A stretch of 64,000 nt of DNA, from positions 33,108,001-33,172,000 of the forward strand of contig JANJGN010000026.1 in the NCBI GenBank assembly GCA_026770705.1, read 5' to 3'. Position numbers and translations under genes: made by a program. Of the stretch, positions 50,267-64,000 are shown in pieces. Source of the stretch: Isurus oxyrinchus. Taxonomy: Eukaryota. Numbering within the stretch: position 1 is the first letter of the stretch; each line of letters starts with the position of its first letter. The notes beneath the pieces were generated by a model. It saw only the letters and a program-made list of their open reading frames with translations, had not been told where the DNA came from and searched no databases.

Positions 50267-52139
50267 TGACGGGGAGCTGGAGACTGCAGCCCTAGACTGC
50301 ACTGGGAGACCGGACCTCAGAGCTGGACTGAAATATTTTAGGGGGATCGATTTGATTTGCACAGGGCGGTTCCGCTGAGATCATTGATTTGCCGTACGGT
50401 TCTCGGGTCGCTGGCTAAGTGTTGTGTGAATAAGCGAGAGGTTTATGAGAGGAGGCTGCAATTTTCTGGCTCTACATTTGGATTGTGATCCGGATGTGAA
50501 AGCCCCTCCCACAATACTCTGGTGTACAGGGGTGGGGGAGGGGAGATTTTCTTTCTGCCAGTTGTGCTGCCGCCTTCCTTTCCCCGCAGTGATGAACTAG
50601 GAGGGCGGTGCATGTGTTTGTATTGGGTGGTGTTTGTTTAAGGTGGAATGTGGGCCCAGGACACCTAGAATCCCCCGGCCCCGCTCTTTTCCCAATATTC
50701 CGGAGATTGTTTAACATCGCCCTGAACGGGCTGGCGGGACCTCAGTTAGACTTCTGATCTGAAGGTCGGCGCCTCAGGTTCGGCACCTACCCCGGAGCAG
50801 CAACTGGGGACAGGTTATAATATGAAGTAGTCCAGTGGCATTACCAATATCCTGGCAGGTCTGCACAACATGCATATAAACTAATTATGGCTGATTCGTT
50901 CAATTCGCTGGATTGCGAGCTCGTGGTTCGGAATAATGCCAACAGTACGGGTTCTATTCGCATTGTGGCTGAGATAGGCTGGTGACCTGCCTGCGCCTGC
51001 GCGTGGAAGGCGATGGTAAAGCACCACGAACAAAGCTACCAAGAAAACAGCTCAGGTCGAAGCAACTGCAGAAAATCGGCCATCGGTAGGTCACACCTGA
51101 ATAAATACGAGGAACAAACTCCCCTCCTCATTTAACAAATGATTCCCGCACCAGTCCTGCTTTGGGGTACATAGAAAATGATGTTCCATTTCAGCCATGT
51201 TTGATTTCCAGGCTGGGAATATTCAGAATTTCCGTTTGAACGGACACAGATTGAATCGATACTCGGAAGGGCAATGGACTTTGATTGTGCTTGGAGCTTC
51301 CTTTAAAATTCACAGTCACCGCTTTCTGTTCTGAAAAATGTTTTTTTTTTCATTCGTTCACGGGATGTGGACTCTGTTGGCTGGGCCAGCATTTATTGCC
51401 CATCCCTAGTTGCCCTTGAGAAGGTGGTGGTGAGCTGCCTTCTTGAACCGCTGCAGTCCATGTGGTGTAGGTACACCCACAGTGCTGTTAGGGAGGGAGT
51501 TCCAAGATTTTGACCCAGAGACAGTGAAGGAACGACGATATATTTCGAAGTCACGACAGTGAGTGACTTGGAGGTGTTCAGAATTATCTCTTACCCAGCA
51601 ACGTCCAAATGAACCCTGTGACAAGGAGGAGGTCAAAGTTTTCACAAACCTGACAACAGAGTTAGGGGAAATACTGCGCAGCATTGCGGGCAGGGACGAA
51701 AAGACCATTAAAGGGCGAAAGGGACATTGAAACAGCAGCACATCACAGAAATATGGCCTACAGCACGTCACATAGACATGGTGATGATTTGGCCCACAGT
51801 GGAGAAAAGCACATTTTTTCTGCATGATCGTCCAATTCCTGACAGTATTTTTAATGTAAATCAAAAATGCAGCTTTGAGGCTACTACAGAATTTAAAATA
51901 AACATATACATGTGTAGTGCAGTGTAAGTTTATTTAATATAAATACGGATATGGCCTGGAATAGTAGTAACAAAAACATGGCCTAGTGTGATATAAATAG
52001 AGACAGGGGATAATTCAGTAATCACTGAGGCAAGGCCTGGTTTAAAGCAACTAGAGATGGCGTTGAGTGCAAAAAGGACCTGGTTTAGAGTAGTTAGAAC
52101 AAAGACAGGATCTATTGAAATCTAAACAAACTCAAGAGT

Positions 52140-53640
52140 GACGTTTTAAGTTCCTCCTTCCAGTTCACCTCTTGATTTTCAACTATCTTTGGAAAGTTTT
52201 CTAAGTGTTCCACAGTGAAGATAGACACAAAATACCTGTTTAACGCCTCTGCCACTTCCTTGTCTTCTCTTATCAATTCCCCAAGTACACTACCCAGAAG
52301 ACCAACACTAGCTTTAATCACTATTTTATCCTTTAAATACTAGTAGAAACTCTTGCCATCTCTTTTTAATATTACTATCTAGCTTTCTCTCATGACTTTT
52401 TCTCTTTTTTAGTAATTCTTTTCTAGTTCTTAAGATTTGTCCAATCTCCTGACCTACCACTAATCTTTGTATATTTGTACAGTGTTTCTTTAATTTGATA
52501 CTGTCCTTAAATTTCCTACTCAGCCACGGATGATGCATCCATCTCAAAGGGTCCTTCTTTCTCACTGAGATAAATATTCGCTGAGAGTTATTAAATTTCT
52601 CCTTAAAAGCCTGTCACTGAAACTCAACTGTCCTAACTTTTAACTTAGTTTCCAAATTCACTTCCTCTACATCTGCTTTCATACCCTTATAATTACTTTT
52701 ATCCAGGTTTACAACTTTAGTCTTCGATCCACTTATCTACCCTTTAAACTGACCATGAAATTCTATTGTGCTGTGATCGCTATCACTTAGAGTCTCCTTT
52801 ACAATGAGGTTATTGATTAATCCTGTCTTATTGCTCATTACCAGGTCCAAAATAGCCTTCTTCCTGATTGGATCTGGAATGTACTGCATTAAGATATTGT
52901 CCTGAATACACTCTATGAGCTAATGCTCCAGGCTTCCTCTGCTAATCTGGTTCACCCAAACTGCGTGCAGATTAAAGTCACCCATGAGCATTGCTGTACC
53001 TTTCTTGCATGTCCCATTCTTCATTCCTCTATTTTTAGTCATTTTTTCCTGGTTCTTAAAATTTGAATATTCTTCTGACCTAACACTAATCTTTCCAGAT
53101 TTGTACAGTATTTCTTTCAAATTGATGCTATCCTTAACTCCCTTATTCAGCCATAGATGATGCATCCATCTCAAAGAGTCCTTCTTTCTAACTGTGATAA
53201 TAATTCTGATTCCTGATTCTACGTGTTGCTTTTTTTTTGAGCCCAGGTCATCCTTCACCACTGTACCAAGGAGACCTTGAATTAACCGAGCTACTCTACC
53301 ACCTGTTCCCAGCTTCCTGTCTTTTCCAAATGGCAAAAACCCTTCAATGTTTAGGTCCCAGCCTTGGTCACCCTGCAACAATGTCTCTGTAGTGGCTCTC
53401 GGGTCGTTCATAGTTATTTCTATCCATTTTGTTAGGAATGCTGCGCGCATTCAGATACTCAAACTCTCTCTTTTTACTCTTTCTGGCCTTACCTGCTGGT
53501 GCAGCCTTAAATGTGTACTCTCTGACCCTTCCTGCCACAAGCTGGTTTTCATTACTCAAATAGTTATTCTGCCCTATTATCTCTTTGTTGCCTTTTGATT
53601 TGCTACATCTCTCCTCACATGACCCCTTTCCCCCGGTATT
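52140..53640 (-). mobile_element. CR1 LINE endonuclease-region fragments
   Basis: YLNARSIPNK, DQGWDLNIEG, LMGDFNLH. Confidence 0.85.
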
Positions 53641-55539
53641 TATTGTAAATTCCTCTCTATCACCCTGGTTATATGACTCTCCAAGACATTGGATATAGTC
53701 ACAAGTGAGGCAAGCTCTAGTTTAATATAAATCGAGGAATTTACACAATGCAGCAATAAATCAGTATTGCTTAATTCTTGAATCACTGGGTACAGCCAGG
53801 CACTGGGTTGATGCACCGAGGGGGGCGTCACTCACCTGTACAGTAAAGTTGCTCAGATTATCTTCTCATTCAATCACATCCATTTTCCTGCACCATAAGT
53901 GTATTTGCTTTATTTTGACCTGCTGTTTGTTTTTATGTTATCACACTGTTCATTTTACCTGTTTCCCATTATTTTCCCCAGCGTTCATCATCCTTTTCCT
54001 CATTAAAATCCACAGGATTCGCCAATTCACATGTTCACTGGTGACACCGAGCAGTCCACAGTCTGTATGTGCGCCCCTCAACTTCACTCAGTGTTCGTCT
54101 GTTTTCTGCATTCTTTTTACACAAAGCAGTACTGATCCCTTTACCGCACTTCACGCACCAAGGATCATTCAAATGGGAGAATAGCCAAGATCAACCGTTC
54201 ACTTCCTGTGTCTTTATATTTATAGATACATATCCGCATCAATAGCCTTTTGCTGTTCTCCCTCTGTATCACTAGCTATCCTCAGTCTCAGATTTATCTA
54301 TTTCACTCTTTATGCCTTTCTCGACACTCAGTGTATTCAATATTACCTTTATCTATGTCCGTCTGTTAGTGCCTCTCTGCCTACTGAGTACTGAGTACCG
54401 AATCTCATCTTTATCAAACTCCCTATGTTGGTGTCTCTCTGTCTCGCACTTATTCTCAACTTTATCTACATTCTACATTGCGTAGTTGTCTCAAAGTGTC
54501 CAGACAGAAACTGAGACAATACATGGACGAGATACTAATTCACATACCACAGCTCCTTTGATCAAATCCATAATTGTGAGAGCAGATGGCAATGAATGTA
54601 TTCACCGTGAGGGCCTCATTCGCCCATCTTCACAAATTACTTGGGTCTTAAATCATTGAGACCAGACAGGAAAATGACTGATTCACTGAGGAGAGTCTCA
54701 CTCTTCCATACAGGCAAGGATCTCAGATCTTTAACTATTGAGACCAGATAGGCACTAAGCTGCTGTATCGACGTCAGTGATTCTGGAGCCGGCGGCGGTG
54801 GCGTAAGGAAACAGCTCACTCACTACCATAGGAATATTGTTGAGGTTTTAATCATTGAGTACATACAGGGGTAGGACTGATCCGCCGTAAGGAAGAAATC
54901 ACTCGCTTGCAAAAGTACATTATTCAGGTCTTCCTTACAATAACCGCTTTGCAGAATTCAATAATTTAAACTCAGTGTTCCCTTTTTTGCTTCCTGCCTG
55001 GGTGTTTTAAATTTATATTTATCTACTTCTTTTCTGCTTTTATTTCTGCTTCTTTTTTCTCCGTCTCCACTATCCCCTTTACAATCTAGAGCTCCCCTAT
55101 TGCCATTGTGTGGGAAATTCTGCATGCATTCACGAACATGGCTGGACTTCATGAGGAGCCGGATATGGGCGGTTGGGAATTATTATATAGAACAGGAGTA
55201 AATGAGGCCGGAAGACCTAAATGTATACATTTATGTGTTAATATTGGGGACAGGGGGGTGAGAAGGGACAAAGGTGCACAGAAAAGGCATCAAAGTAAAA
55301 GCGGAAGTTAAGGCGCCAGAGTTGAACTTGGGACTTTTTTTATTGTTAGTGCGAATTCAAATCATCCACAAATATAATTACGCAAGTTAAACTCAAGAGT
55401 TGTCTTGAATTTTTGCTCCTTTAAGCATGCTCCCTCTGAATCTTGCATAGGAGGGTGATAACTTGTCTCTTTTTTTGGCTGAGAATTAACTGAACATCAC
55501 AATGTGGAATATTGTCTGGGATTCACTGCATCTCTGCCG

Positions 55540-55827
55540 CAGGGTGGGATTCATGTCACAGAAATACTCGGCAGTGCGGCAGATCAGGGCCTCAGCTCCA
55601 ATGTACTGATGGTTTCTATCAAATGTAGAAAAGAATCAGACAATGATGTCGGTCTCCTTGTTTATATTTATACGAATAAGGGTGAATCAGCAGTTATGGA
55701 TGTTGTCCGGGTTTCTGAATATACCAGAACATATAATGGCTCAGAAGATTTGTTTTCAAGATGCAGGTCATTGTGATGGCTTTTCACTCTTTGACCAAAG
55801 TTTCAGTTCCCGACTCGGCCTCTGTGC
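55540..55827 (-). pseudogene. TCR alpha/delta V pseudogene
   Basis: GTEAESGTETLVKE*KAITMTCILKTNLLSHYMFWYIQKPGQHP*LLIH...TAEYFCDMN followed by degenerate heptamer CACCCTG. Confidence 0.85.
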
Positions 55828-56675
55828 CTTGTCGCACATAAATATAACGTAAAGTAGCTGGGATAGATGTCACTATTATCGGGATCGTCATCACCATCAT
55901 CTCAAGCAACATAATCATCAACAGCAGCACTTCACAGTTAATAACATCTGGGTTACAGCAGTCAGGGGGAGAACGGACAGTTTTCTGGGAAGGAAATACT
56001 AAGAAATGATATAATGGAGACGAACGGTATGATGCAATTCCTCTTGAGGATGTCTGAGTCTGTAACTCTGCAGTCCGTCAAATCTTCTGTCGGAACTGAA
56101 ATGTAGATTCCAGCCCCTGTGCTTCTGATTCAATCAACGCCAAACGGAACAGCGGCAACCATCTCTCCAATAAAACAGGAAATGAAAGAAAGGTCAGAGC
56201 GAGAGAAACAAACGGAATTTGTGGGCAAGGCAATGATAATTCGCCCAGCAGAAATTATTTACCTTTGCCTCTCTGTACGGACTGCGTTACATTCACATTT
56301 ATTTCAAATCTATGGCAAACAGACTAACGACATGAATTAGATATACGGATTAATTTATAGTTACCAATAACTTCATAGTTTAAGTCGCTCAATGCAGGAA
56401 GCTGAACCTCTCAGTGGGGAACACAAAACTGGGCAACCCATCCCAATGTACTGGAGCCAAACTGTTCTTTAACACTGAACTAACCTTCTCAATGATGGGT
56501 CTGTTAGGAAGAGTTACAGTAATGAGCATGTGAGATCAAAAGCATTTCACCTGAAGTAACATTCAAAAAATTGTCTATCAGTATTGAAATGTAACAGGCG
56601 CTGGGAATCCACTGCCTGATGAGCTACCTGGTAGTTAGTTTAATGACTCTCATTTTAACTGATTTCAGAGAATAC

Positions 56676-56838
56676 GGTCATGGTACAAGTTATGCAGACG
56701 CCATTCTCACTAGGACTCAGCACACAGTTATACATGGCGCTGTCAGGGAGCTGCAGCACAGTCAAGGCGAAATCAGCTATATTATTGGGTGTTTCGAGAA
56801 TTTTCCAGTTAACCGTGGAAACAGAATGAACAACAGGA
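56676..56838 (-). pseudogene. 3' part of TCR V relic with degenerate 23-RSS, truncated by gap
   Basis: FALTVLQLPDSAMYNCVLS then CCTAGTG-23-ACCATGACC. Confidence 0.75.
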
Positions 56839-57051
56839 NNNNNNNNNNNNNNNNNNNNNNNNNNNNNNNNNNNNNNNNNNNNNNNNNNNNNNNNNNNNNN
56901 NNNNNNNNNNNNNNNNNNNNNNNNNNNNNNNNNNNNNNNNNNNNNNNNNNNNNNNNNNNNNNNNNNNNNNNNNNNNNNNNNNNNNNNNNNNNNNNNNNNN
57001 NNNNNNNNNNNNNNNNNNNNNNNNNNNNNNNNNNNNNNNNNNNNNNNNNNN
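56839..57051. other. Assembly gap (N run)
   Basis: 213 N. Confidence 1.
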
Positions 57052-58244
57052 TAGATCGATAAATTGATAGGTAGATATTCATGTTTACTTGGATAGAGCA
57101 ATGATAGAATGAATGGATAGTTGGATAAATTAATGTTCTTTCTAAGGACCAGTGATTGGATAGATGGATGGATGGATGGATGGACAGATCGACGGACTGA
57201 TGGATGGACCGATCTGAAAAATGCTGTTCCACATTTTCAGCTTTACGATTGATTACCTCATAACTTGCAAGAGGCCCTTTATTCAATTTGTATCGGTCTG
57301 GCACTTTCAGCCCTTCCTGATTTCCTGGATCATTTCAATCCCTTGGCTGTCGAGAACTGGTGAGCTGAAGGTCACCAAGTGCAATCTGGAGGTATCCCTG
57401 TGGTACTCATGATCCTTCTCCAGAGATGGTGAATCTTGATCTGAAATATAAAACACGTTTTCATGACTGGGATGAGAAAGGAGGATTGTAATATTTGCAA
57501 CGTGCAATTGTTTCAGGTGCAACAAACCACAAGACGGATCCTCGACCAAATTACTTCAATCACAACAGAAACATAGCAGATCATTGGATAGTATTTCCCC
57601 CCTTTGTATGGTAATTCATTGTCACTGTGACACTGGTGAAGTCGCGCCATTCTAAACAGCACGGGGTGGGGGTGGGGTGGTGGGGTGGGGGTAGTGGGTG
57701 TGCATGAAATGTGACATTTTTCCGGCAATATATTCATTGAAAATCATTGGCACAATGGACTATATCCGATGGATATTGCACATTGTTGTCTCAAGTTCAA
57801 AAGCTTTTAACTCCTTCAGACACACTCCCCAGAAGCTTTCCTTTCAGTGCATTCATGCAGAGAATCGAATCTTCACATGTTGGATGAGTAAGGTCAGTGC
57901 TTCAATGAGATGTGCTCAGGGTCACCGTGCTGGAGATTTCTGGTTACAGTGGACATCAGCCAGACAGAACTGAGCCGTTGAAGTAGCTTAAGTGATTTGA
58001 ATCACAGTTTCCAAAATCAATACCTGGTCAATGCTCTTTGGAATAATACTAATCCAAACATCTCCTTTTCACACGGTTGCACTTGTGTTATGAGACTTGT
58101 TTAGGGAGGGGGAGATCTGATGTGATGATGTAAAGTCTCCAACAAGAAGTCAATGTGGGAATATTCAATAAATACCTTTCCACACAAATTTCTGCTCTGA
58201 ATTTATACCTCGAACCCACTTCCGAATGTTTGAAGGGTTTTTGC

Positions 58245-58720
58245 AGCCATTCCTGGGATGTGGGCGTCGCTGGATAGGCCAGAATTTATTGTGCACCCCT
58301 AGTTGCTCTTCGAAGGCAGTGGTGAGCTGTCTTCTTGAACTGCTGCGTTCCATGTCATGTAGTTACATCCACAGCGTTGTTAGAGATGGAGTACCAGGAT
58401 TTTGACCCTGCAACATTGAAGGAGCGGCGACATATTTCCAAGTCAGGATGGTGAGTGGCTTGGAGGGGAACATCCAGCTGGTGGTGTTCCCATCTATCTG
58501 CGGTCCCTGTCCTTCTAGATGGCAGTCATCGTAGGTTTGGAAGGTGCTGTCTGAGGTGACCTGGTGAATCCCTGCAGTATATCTTGTGCACACTGCTGTT
58601 GCTGTGTATCGGTGGTGGAGGGAGTGAATGTTTGTGGATGGGTGCCAATCAGGCGGACTGCTTTGTCCTGGATGGTAGAAAGCTTCTTGAGTGTTGTTGG
58701 AGCTGCACCAACAATTGCAG
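58245..58720 (-). mobile_element. CR1-group LINE 3' fragment
   Basis: AAPTTLKKLSTIQDKAVRLIG and the same tail as 21560-21700 and 51350-51570. Confidence 0.8.
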
Positions 58721-59569
58721 CAAAATGAATTATTAATATTGTCATTAATATAACTATTAACATTATATTGGTGAAACATTTTTCGGTAAACGGTGCTAAG
58801 TTACTGGGTACATGATTGATCTTTCTTTATTGTGCATTAGGATCTCTCCCACTATTCACGACTATTAAGCTGGTCGCTGCATGCTGCCATTCATGTTCAA
58901 TGCATCACTATCAGGAGTAATCCTCTGTGCTATAGCTAACTGAAACGGTGGCAGATGAATGGAGAGACAGTTACAGATACATAGGTATTCCCAGGCTGTC
59001 ATATTGCAAAACAAATGATATTTATCAACATTTTCTGCCTTTGATCGTTTTTAAGAAACTTTAGATGTGTCTCATTGCAATAATGATTTGATATATCGAT
59101 AGTTCCATACCTTCAACTTTCCCATACAACCAATTGTTTGCAACCGAATGATGTCTCCTACCCTATGAAAGACTCTCAGCCGATTCACCACTCCTAAGCG
59201 ATTGATGTTTCACAATCTGTCAATGATCGCCTATTGTATAACGATTCAAAGTCCAATGAGTATTCTTCTGTTTAAGGAAATGACCTAATTTGTCCAGAAA
59301 TCCTCTCAATGACTGTGAAGTTCAGGCTAACCTTGGTTCTTAGAGTACAATTCACACAATAGCTGAGCTATTCTGTTGTCAGGTTCAAGGTCACACCCAC
59401 CGTCAGTGCCTCTGCTCCCGGCGGGACTCTACAATAGGTTTTGGGGTACAGGAGAGGCCCGGATTCACTCTGGTTTAACAATGTATCTATATTGAAGGCT
59501 GAGCCATTGAATGTCTGGATTTCTATATATTGGTGTCCTCTTGATCTATATATTCATTCATTCACAATG

Positions 59570-59910
59570 AACCCTGGCTGTCAGCTTTGGTTCAGTTGGT
59601 AGCACTTCCCCCTTTTACATTAAATTGAGGCTGTCTGCCCTCTCAAGTCGATGTAAAAGATCCCATAGTACTATCCTGGCTGGAAGTGTAGGGGAGTTGT
59701 CCCAGGTTTCTTAGCAAATATTTAGCAACCAATAAACATGACAAAATATTAACTGGTCATTATCGCACTGCTGCTTTTGGGAGCTTGCTGTGCGCAAATT
59801 GGCTGCTGCCCTTCCGACAAGACAACAGTGAATACATTTCAGAAGTGCGTTTTTGGCTGTAAAACACTCAGAGATGTCCGGTGATGGTGAAAAGCGCTAT
59901 AATACATTTT
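59570..59910 (+). mobile_element. Deu-domain SINE (SacSINE1/AmnSINE1-like)
   Basis: ggtcattatcgcactgctgcttttgggagcttgctgtgcgcaaattggctgc resembles the Deu core; tRNA-like head. Confidence 0.7.
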
Positions 59911-61169
59911 TCCTTTTTCTCCTTTTTTGAACTCTAGGTGTAAAATGAAAAGTGTTGGATTGAGGCAGGGAATCATAGCCTTCTAGGATGCGTTTACACA
60001 CCAGGCTGGGAAGAAGGTCATTCAGCCACTCAGGACTGTACCAGCATTAAAAGAAACTATCGAATTTATCTCATGCACTCTGACCCCCACCCCCCACCCA
60101 CCCCATGCTGTTCCTCCATAGCCCTGCATTTTATTTCATTAGGGACCATGTCTCTGCTGATAATGGATTACATCCTGTCCAGTTGCCCCACTTACATTAC
60201 TCTAGAGCATGACACCGTTTAAATTATGTAAAACTGTTTTTCAACTACTACTTCAAAAGGTGATACCCGAGGATCTGAAAGAGGTTAGGACGGAAATGAT
60301 GAACGTAAGAGGGTAAAAAGGAATAACGTGGCAAAATAAATAGGGGGAAACTTGCTGGAGATCAGCAAGTGTTTCATTCCTTTCCAAGCAAGGGGAATAA
60401 TACATCAGGATTTTAAGACGAAGTAAGTTCAGGTCAGATATAGGTAGATTTATTTTTTGCAATCAGTTGCCCGAATTATCACACTCTTGACGTTTATATC
60501 AGGAGTTTCTGTTTAATGCTGAGCTGATCACATAACAACGAAACGCAAAGAATAATTGGAATAATTTAGCCCCAGTTCAAACTGAATATTGGGGACATGG
60601 GTGCTTTCTTCTGATGGAATGCTCAATGTCTTCTCAATCAATGTTAATGATATTAAATGAACAGCAATTACGTTTCGCATAAAATAAAATCTTGAACATA
60701 ATGTGTGAAAATAATTATTTATCTTGGTGGATATAATTTGTAAACAGCATGATTTGTTGATACACATGTACACACGCCAATACGCAGACACACACAGACA
60801 CGCACACACAGACACGTAGACACATGCACATACAAACACACATTTCAACTTGAGACCCTACCTTGGCTCCCTCGGAGGCTCTGTAGCATCTGAAGAAACT
60901 GCAAAAATCACCAACATCATATTTCAGGTGGTACAATGATCCAATAATATCTATCCACGTCGCATATGTTGAGTTGGACATTAAAACGCCCATGGCCCCA
61001 ACACTGTGCCCTGGTCCACATTGCTCGCTTCCACCAAGACCATCAAGAATTAATTAATAGGATTGAGACACTTTGCTCTTTTCCTGACCTAAGAGTGCGT
61101 AAATCAGCCACGTTAATCAACAATAGTTGCACCTTAAATATTGGAACTTTCCACAGGAGTTAATGAGCT

Positions 61170-62480
61170 GATACATCAGTAGAAGTGGTTTCTTGACACA
61201 TTAAGCCAGCATGGACTGGTAAAGGTCAAATCATGTTTAACTAACTTGCTTGAGTTTTTTTCTTGACACAGCAGGTGTCACACAGGTGGATGAGTCCAAT
61301 GCTGTTGACATGGTTTATATGGACTTCCAAATGTAATTTGATGAAGTGCCGCACAACAGGCTTGTGAGTAAAACTGGGGCTCACTGGAATAAAATGGACA
61401 GTAGCATCATGGATAGGGAATTATCTGAGTGCCAGGGAACAACGAGTAGTTTTGAACGGTTGATATTCAGACTCGGGGAAGGATTACAATGAAGTACCCC
61501 AGGGATCAGTGCTAGGATGCCTGCTTTTCATGATATTTATTAATGAACTGGGCATTGGTGTACAGGACACAATTTCAAAATATACAGATGATGCGAAATG
61601 TGGAAGCATTGCGGGCGATGAGGAGGATAGTGGAGGATCTCAAAAAGACATAGAGAGGTTGGTGAAGAGGGCGGACAAGTGACAAATGAAATTTAAGGCA
61701 GAGAATATGAGAAGTGGTTCATTTTGGTGGGAAAAACGCAGAGAGACAATATAAAAGAAAGAGTACGAATCCAAAGAGGCTGCAGGAGCAGAGGCTGTTT
61801 ATATGTATAAATCATTGAAGGTGGCAGGACAAGTAGAAAGAGGGGTTAATAAAGCATACATCATCCTGGATTTTATCAATAGGGGAAAAGAGGGTAAAAG
61901 CACGGAGGTTATGTTAAACTTGTGTGGCACACTGGTTAGGCGTCAACTGGAGAATTACATCCAATTGTGAGCTTTAGGAAGAATTTGAAGGCATGAGAGA
62001 GGGCACAGATTTATGGAAAATGTTCCAGGGATAAGGAGCTCCAGTTATGTATAAAGAGTGGAGAAGTTGGCTTTAATCTCCTTGGTGAAGAGAAAGTGTA
62101 GAGGAGATTTGCTATGGGGTACTAAAAACCATGAGTGGTCTGGACAGGCTAGATAGGAGGGATTGTTCCCATTGGTGAAAGGATCAAAAACCAGTGGGCA
62201 CAGGTTTACAGTAACCTGGAGAAGAAGCAGTGGAGAAGCAAGGGAAAAAACCGTCTTCACACAGTGAGTGGTAAGGATCTGGAATGCATTGCTTGACAGT
62301 GTGGTGTAGTGAGGGACATTTGATGTTTTCAAATGGAAATTGTATCATTACCTGAAAAGGGGGAAAAAACGCTGGAGTACGGGAAAATCAGTGCCACTAG
62401 GACAATTGCTGCTTCAGAGTTCAGCACGGACAGGACCAGCAGAAAGGTATCCTTCTGTGCTGTAAGAATTCAACGATTCT
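61170..62480 (+). mobile_element. CR1 LINE RT fragment, decayed
   Basis: KSCLTNLLEFF, VPQGSVLG and KYTDD motifs with stops. Confidence 0.85.
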
Positions 62481-62759
62481 ATCATTAATATCAGAAGCAG
62501 CAATTGAAATCCACATTTTCACAGCATCAACAGTAGCAGAGTCTGTCCAGTGGATGGCAGTGAAACAGTGAAGACTGACACGATATGAGCCACGCACACT
62601 GTCTCAGTCATTTCTGTTAAACCTGACCCTCTGTCTGTATATATTACACAAAGTCATGTCTCTGATCATTTTACAACAGGTTGTGTCTCAGTTGTTTCTG
62701 TAATAGGCCCAATCTCAGTTGTTAATGTACTGGACAAAGGCCATATTACACTAGACATT

Positions 62760-63405
62760 AGAGTCATAGAGGTCTACAGTACAGAAAAAGGCCCTTCGGC
62801 CCAAGAAGTCTGCACCGGTCAGACAAGTACCTAACTATTCTAATCCCATATTCCAGCACTAGGCCCAGAGACATGTATGCCACGGCATCGCAAGCGCACA
62901 TCCAAATGCTTCTTAAATGTTATGAGGGTTTCTGCCTCTACCACCCTTTCAGGCAGTGAGTTCCAGATTCCCACCACCCTCTGGGCAAAAGAAATATTCC
63001 TCGCATCTCCTCTAAGCCTCCTGCCCCTTAACTTAAATCTATGCCCCCAGGTTATTGATTCCTCCACCAAAGGGAAAAGTTCCTTCCTGCTGACCCTATC
63101 TATGCCCCTCATAATTTTATACACCGCAGTCTTGTCCCCCCTCAATCTCCTCTGCCTCAGGGAAAATAACCCCAGTTTATCCAGCCCTTCCTCACAACTA
63201 AAACTCTCCAGCCCAGGCAACACCCTGGTAAATCTCCTCTGCACTGTCTCTTGTGCAATCACACCCTTCCTATCATTCGGATTCCAGAACTGCACGCAAT
63301 ATTCTAACTGTGAACTAACTAGCGTTTCATACAGTTCCAGCATAAGCTCCCTGCTCTCACATTCTATGCCTTGGCTAATAAAGGCAAGTGTCCCATGTGC
63401 CTTTT
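62760..63405 (-). mobile_element. Relatively young CR1 3' fragment
   Basis: Uninterrupted RT C-terminal ORF 62840-63439 (QLEYCVQFWNP...QRVVGIWNSLP) within the minisatellite. Confidence 0.9.
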
Positions 63406-63419
63406 TATAAATATACATT

Positions 63420-64000
63420 CTCTCAGTTATTATGTTCATTAAAGCATGCCTTGGCTACTATAGTAATAGTCCATGTCTCAGTTGTTACTGCACTAGTATT
63501 TGTCTCTGCTTAATAGAAACCAGAACATTTTCTTGTTTGCACGGCATGAGGCTCTTTCTCAGTTATTACACTACTAAACCCTGCCACGTTTATACTAAGC
63601 TAGGGGATGTCTCGGCCAATGCTGCACCAGTCCATGTCTCTGTTTAGATCATACGATGCCCTGTCACTGTTATTATTGCACAATACTGTGTGTCTCTCTA
63701 TTATTGCTGCACTTGCCCATATCTCTGTTTATATTAATCCAGGCCCTGTGTTTGTAATTACTGTGACAGGCTCTTTCTCCGTTTATATTGGACAAGGTCC
63801 TGTATCAGATAAAACTGCAGTAGACCCCGTGACAGTTTCCTTTCACTAGATCCTGCCTCAGTTATTACTGAACTAGATCAAGTCACAGTTCATACTACAC
63901 AAAGTCCTATTTCAATTATTAGTGCACTCGGCACTGCCCCAATTTCTATTCCATTAGATTATGTCCCTGTTTATATGGCACTAAATCGCATCTTTGCTGA
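63420..64000 (+). repeat. Degenerate ~30-bp minisatellite
   Basis: Same unit as 30570-31600. Confidence 0.8.

Noticed and set aside
50900-50980. tRNA-like sequence (also about 55310-55375)
   Set aside because: Only degenerate A/B boxes; SINE head or decayed copy rather than a tRNA gene
57300-58010. Faint V-like words and a CACGGTG heptamer
   Set aside because: No consistent frame, cysteine pair or nonamer

Overview
Repeat-rich vertebrate DNA from a cartilaginous fish (shark or ray; inferred from IgW-type VH, NAR-TCR segments and CR1/Deu-SINE content). It is part of the V region of a T-cell receptor alpha/delta locus carrying immunoglobulin-type V cassettes. Plus strand: an apparently intact IgW-type leader-VH-D-JH cassette (16602-17938) with a 23 / 12-12 / 23 RSS set, a single D, substitutions at light-chain-contact positions and no constant exon that I could find downstream; then decayed TCR V relics (24.6-25.9 kb). 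Minus strand: two tandem NAR-TCR cassettes, one apparently V-D pre-joined with a free J (49415-50236) and one fully V-D-J joined in frame in the genome (45170-45514), both now disabled. They lie upstream of one intact leaderless supporting TCRdelta V with a CDR1 Cys (41018-41323), whose 23-RSS is tandemly repeated. Also present: four more V pseudogenes or relics, a two-exon GPR139/142-like GPCR with one nonsense codon, two arrays of CRE palindromes at ~22-bp spacing, many LINE/SINE fragments, satellites and three assembly gaps. All calls are by eye; repeat boundaries are approximate.
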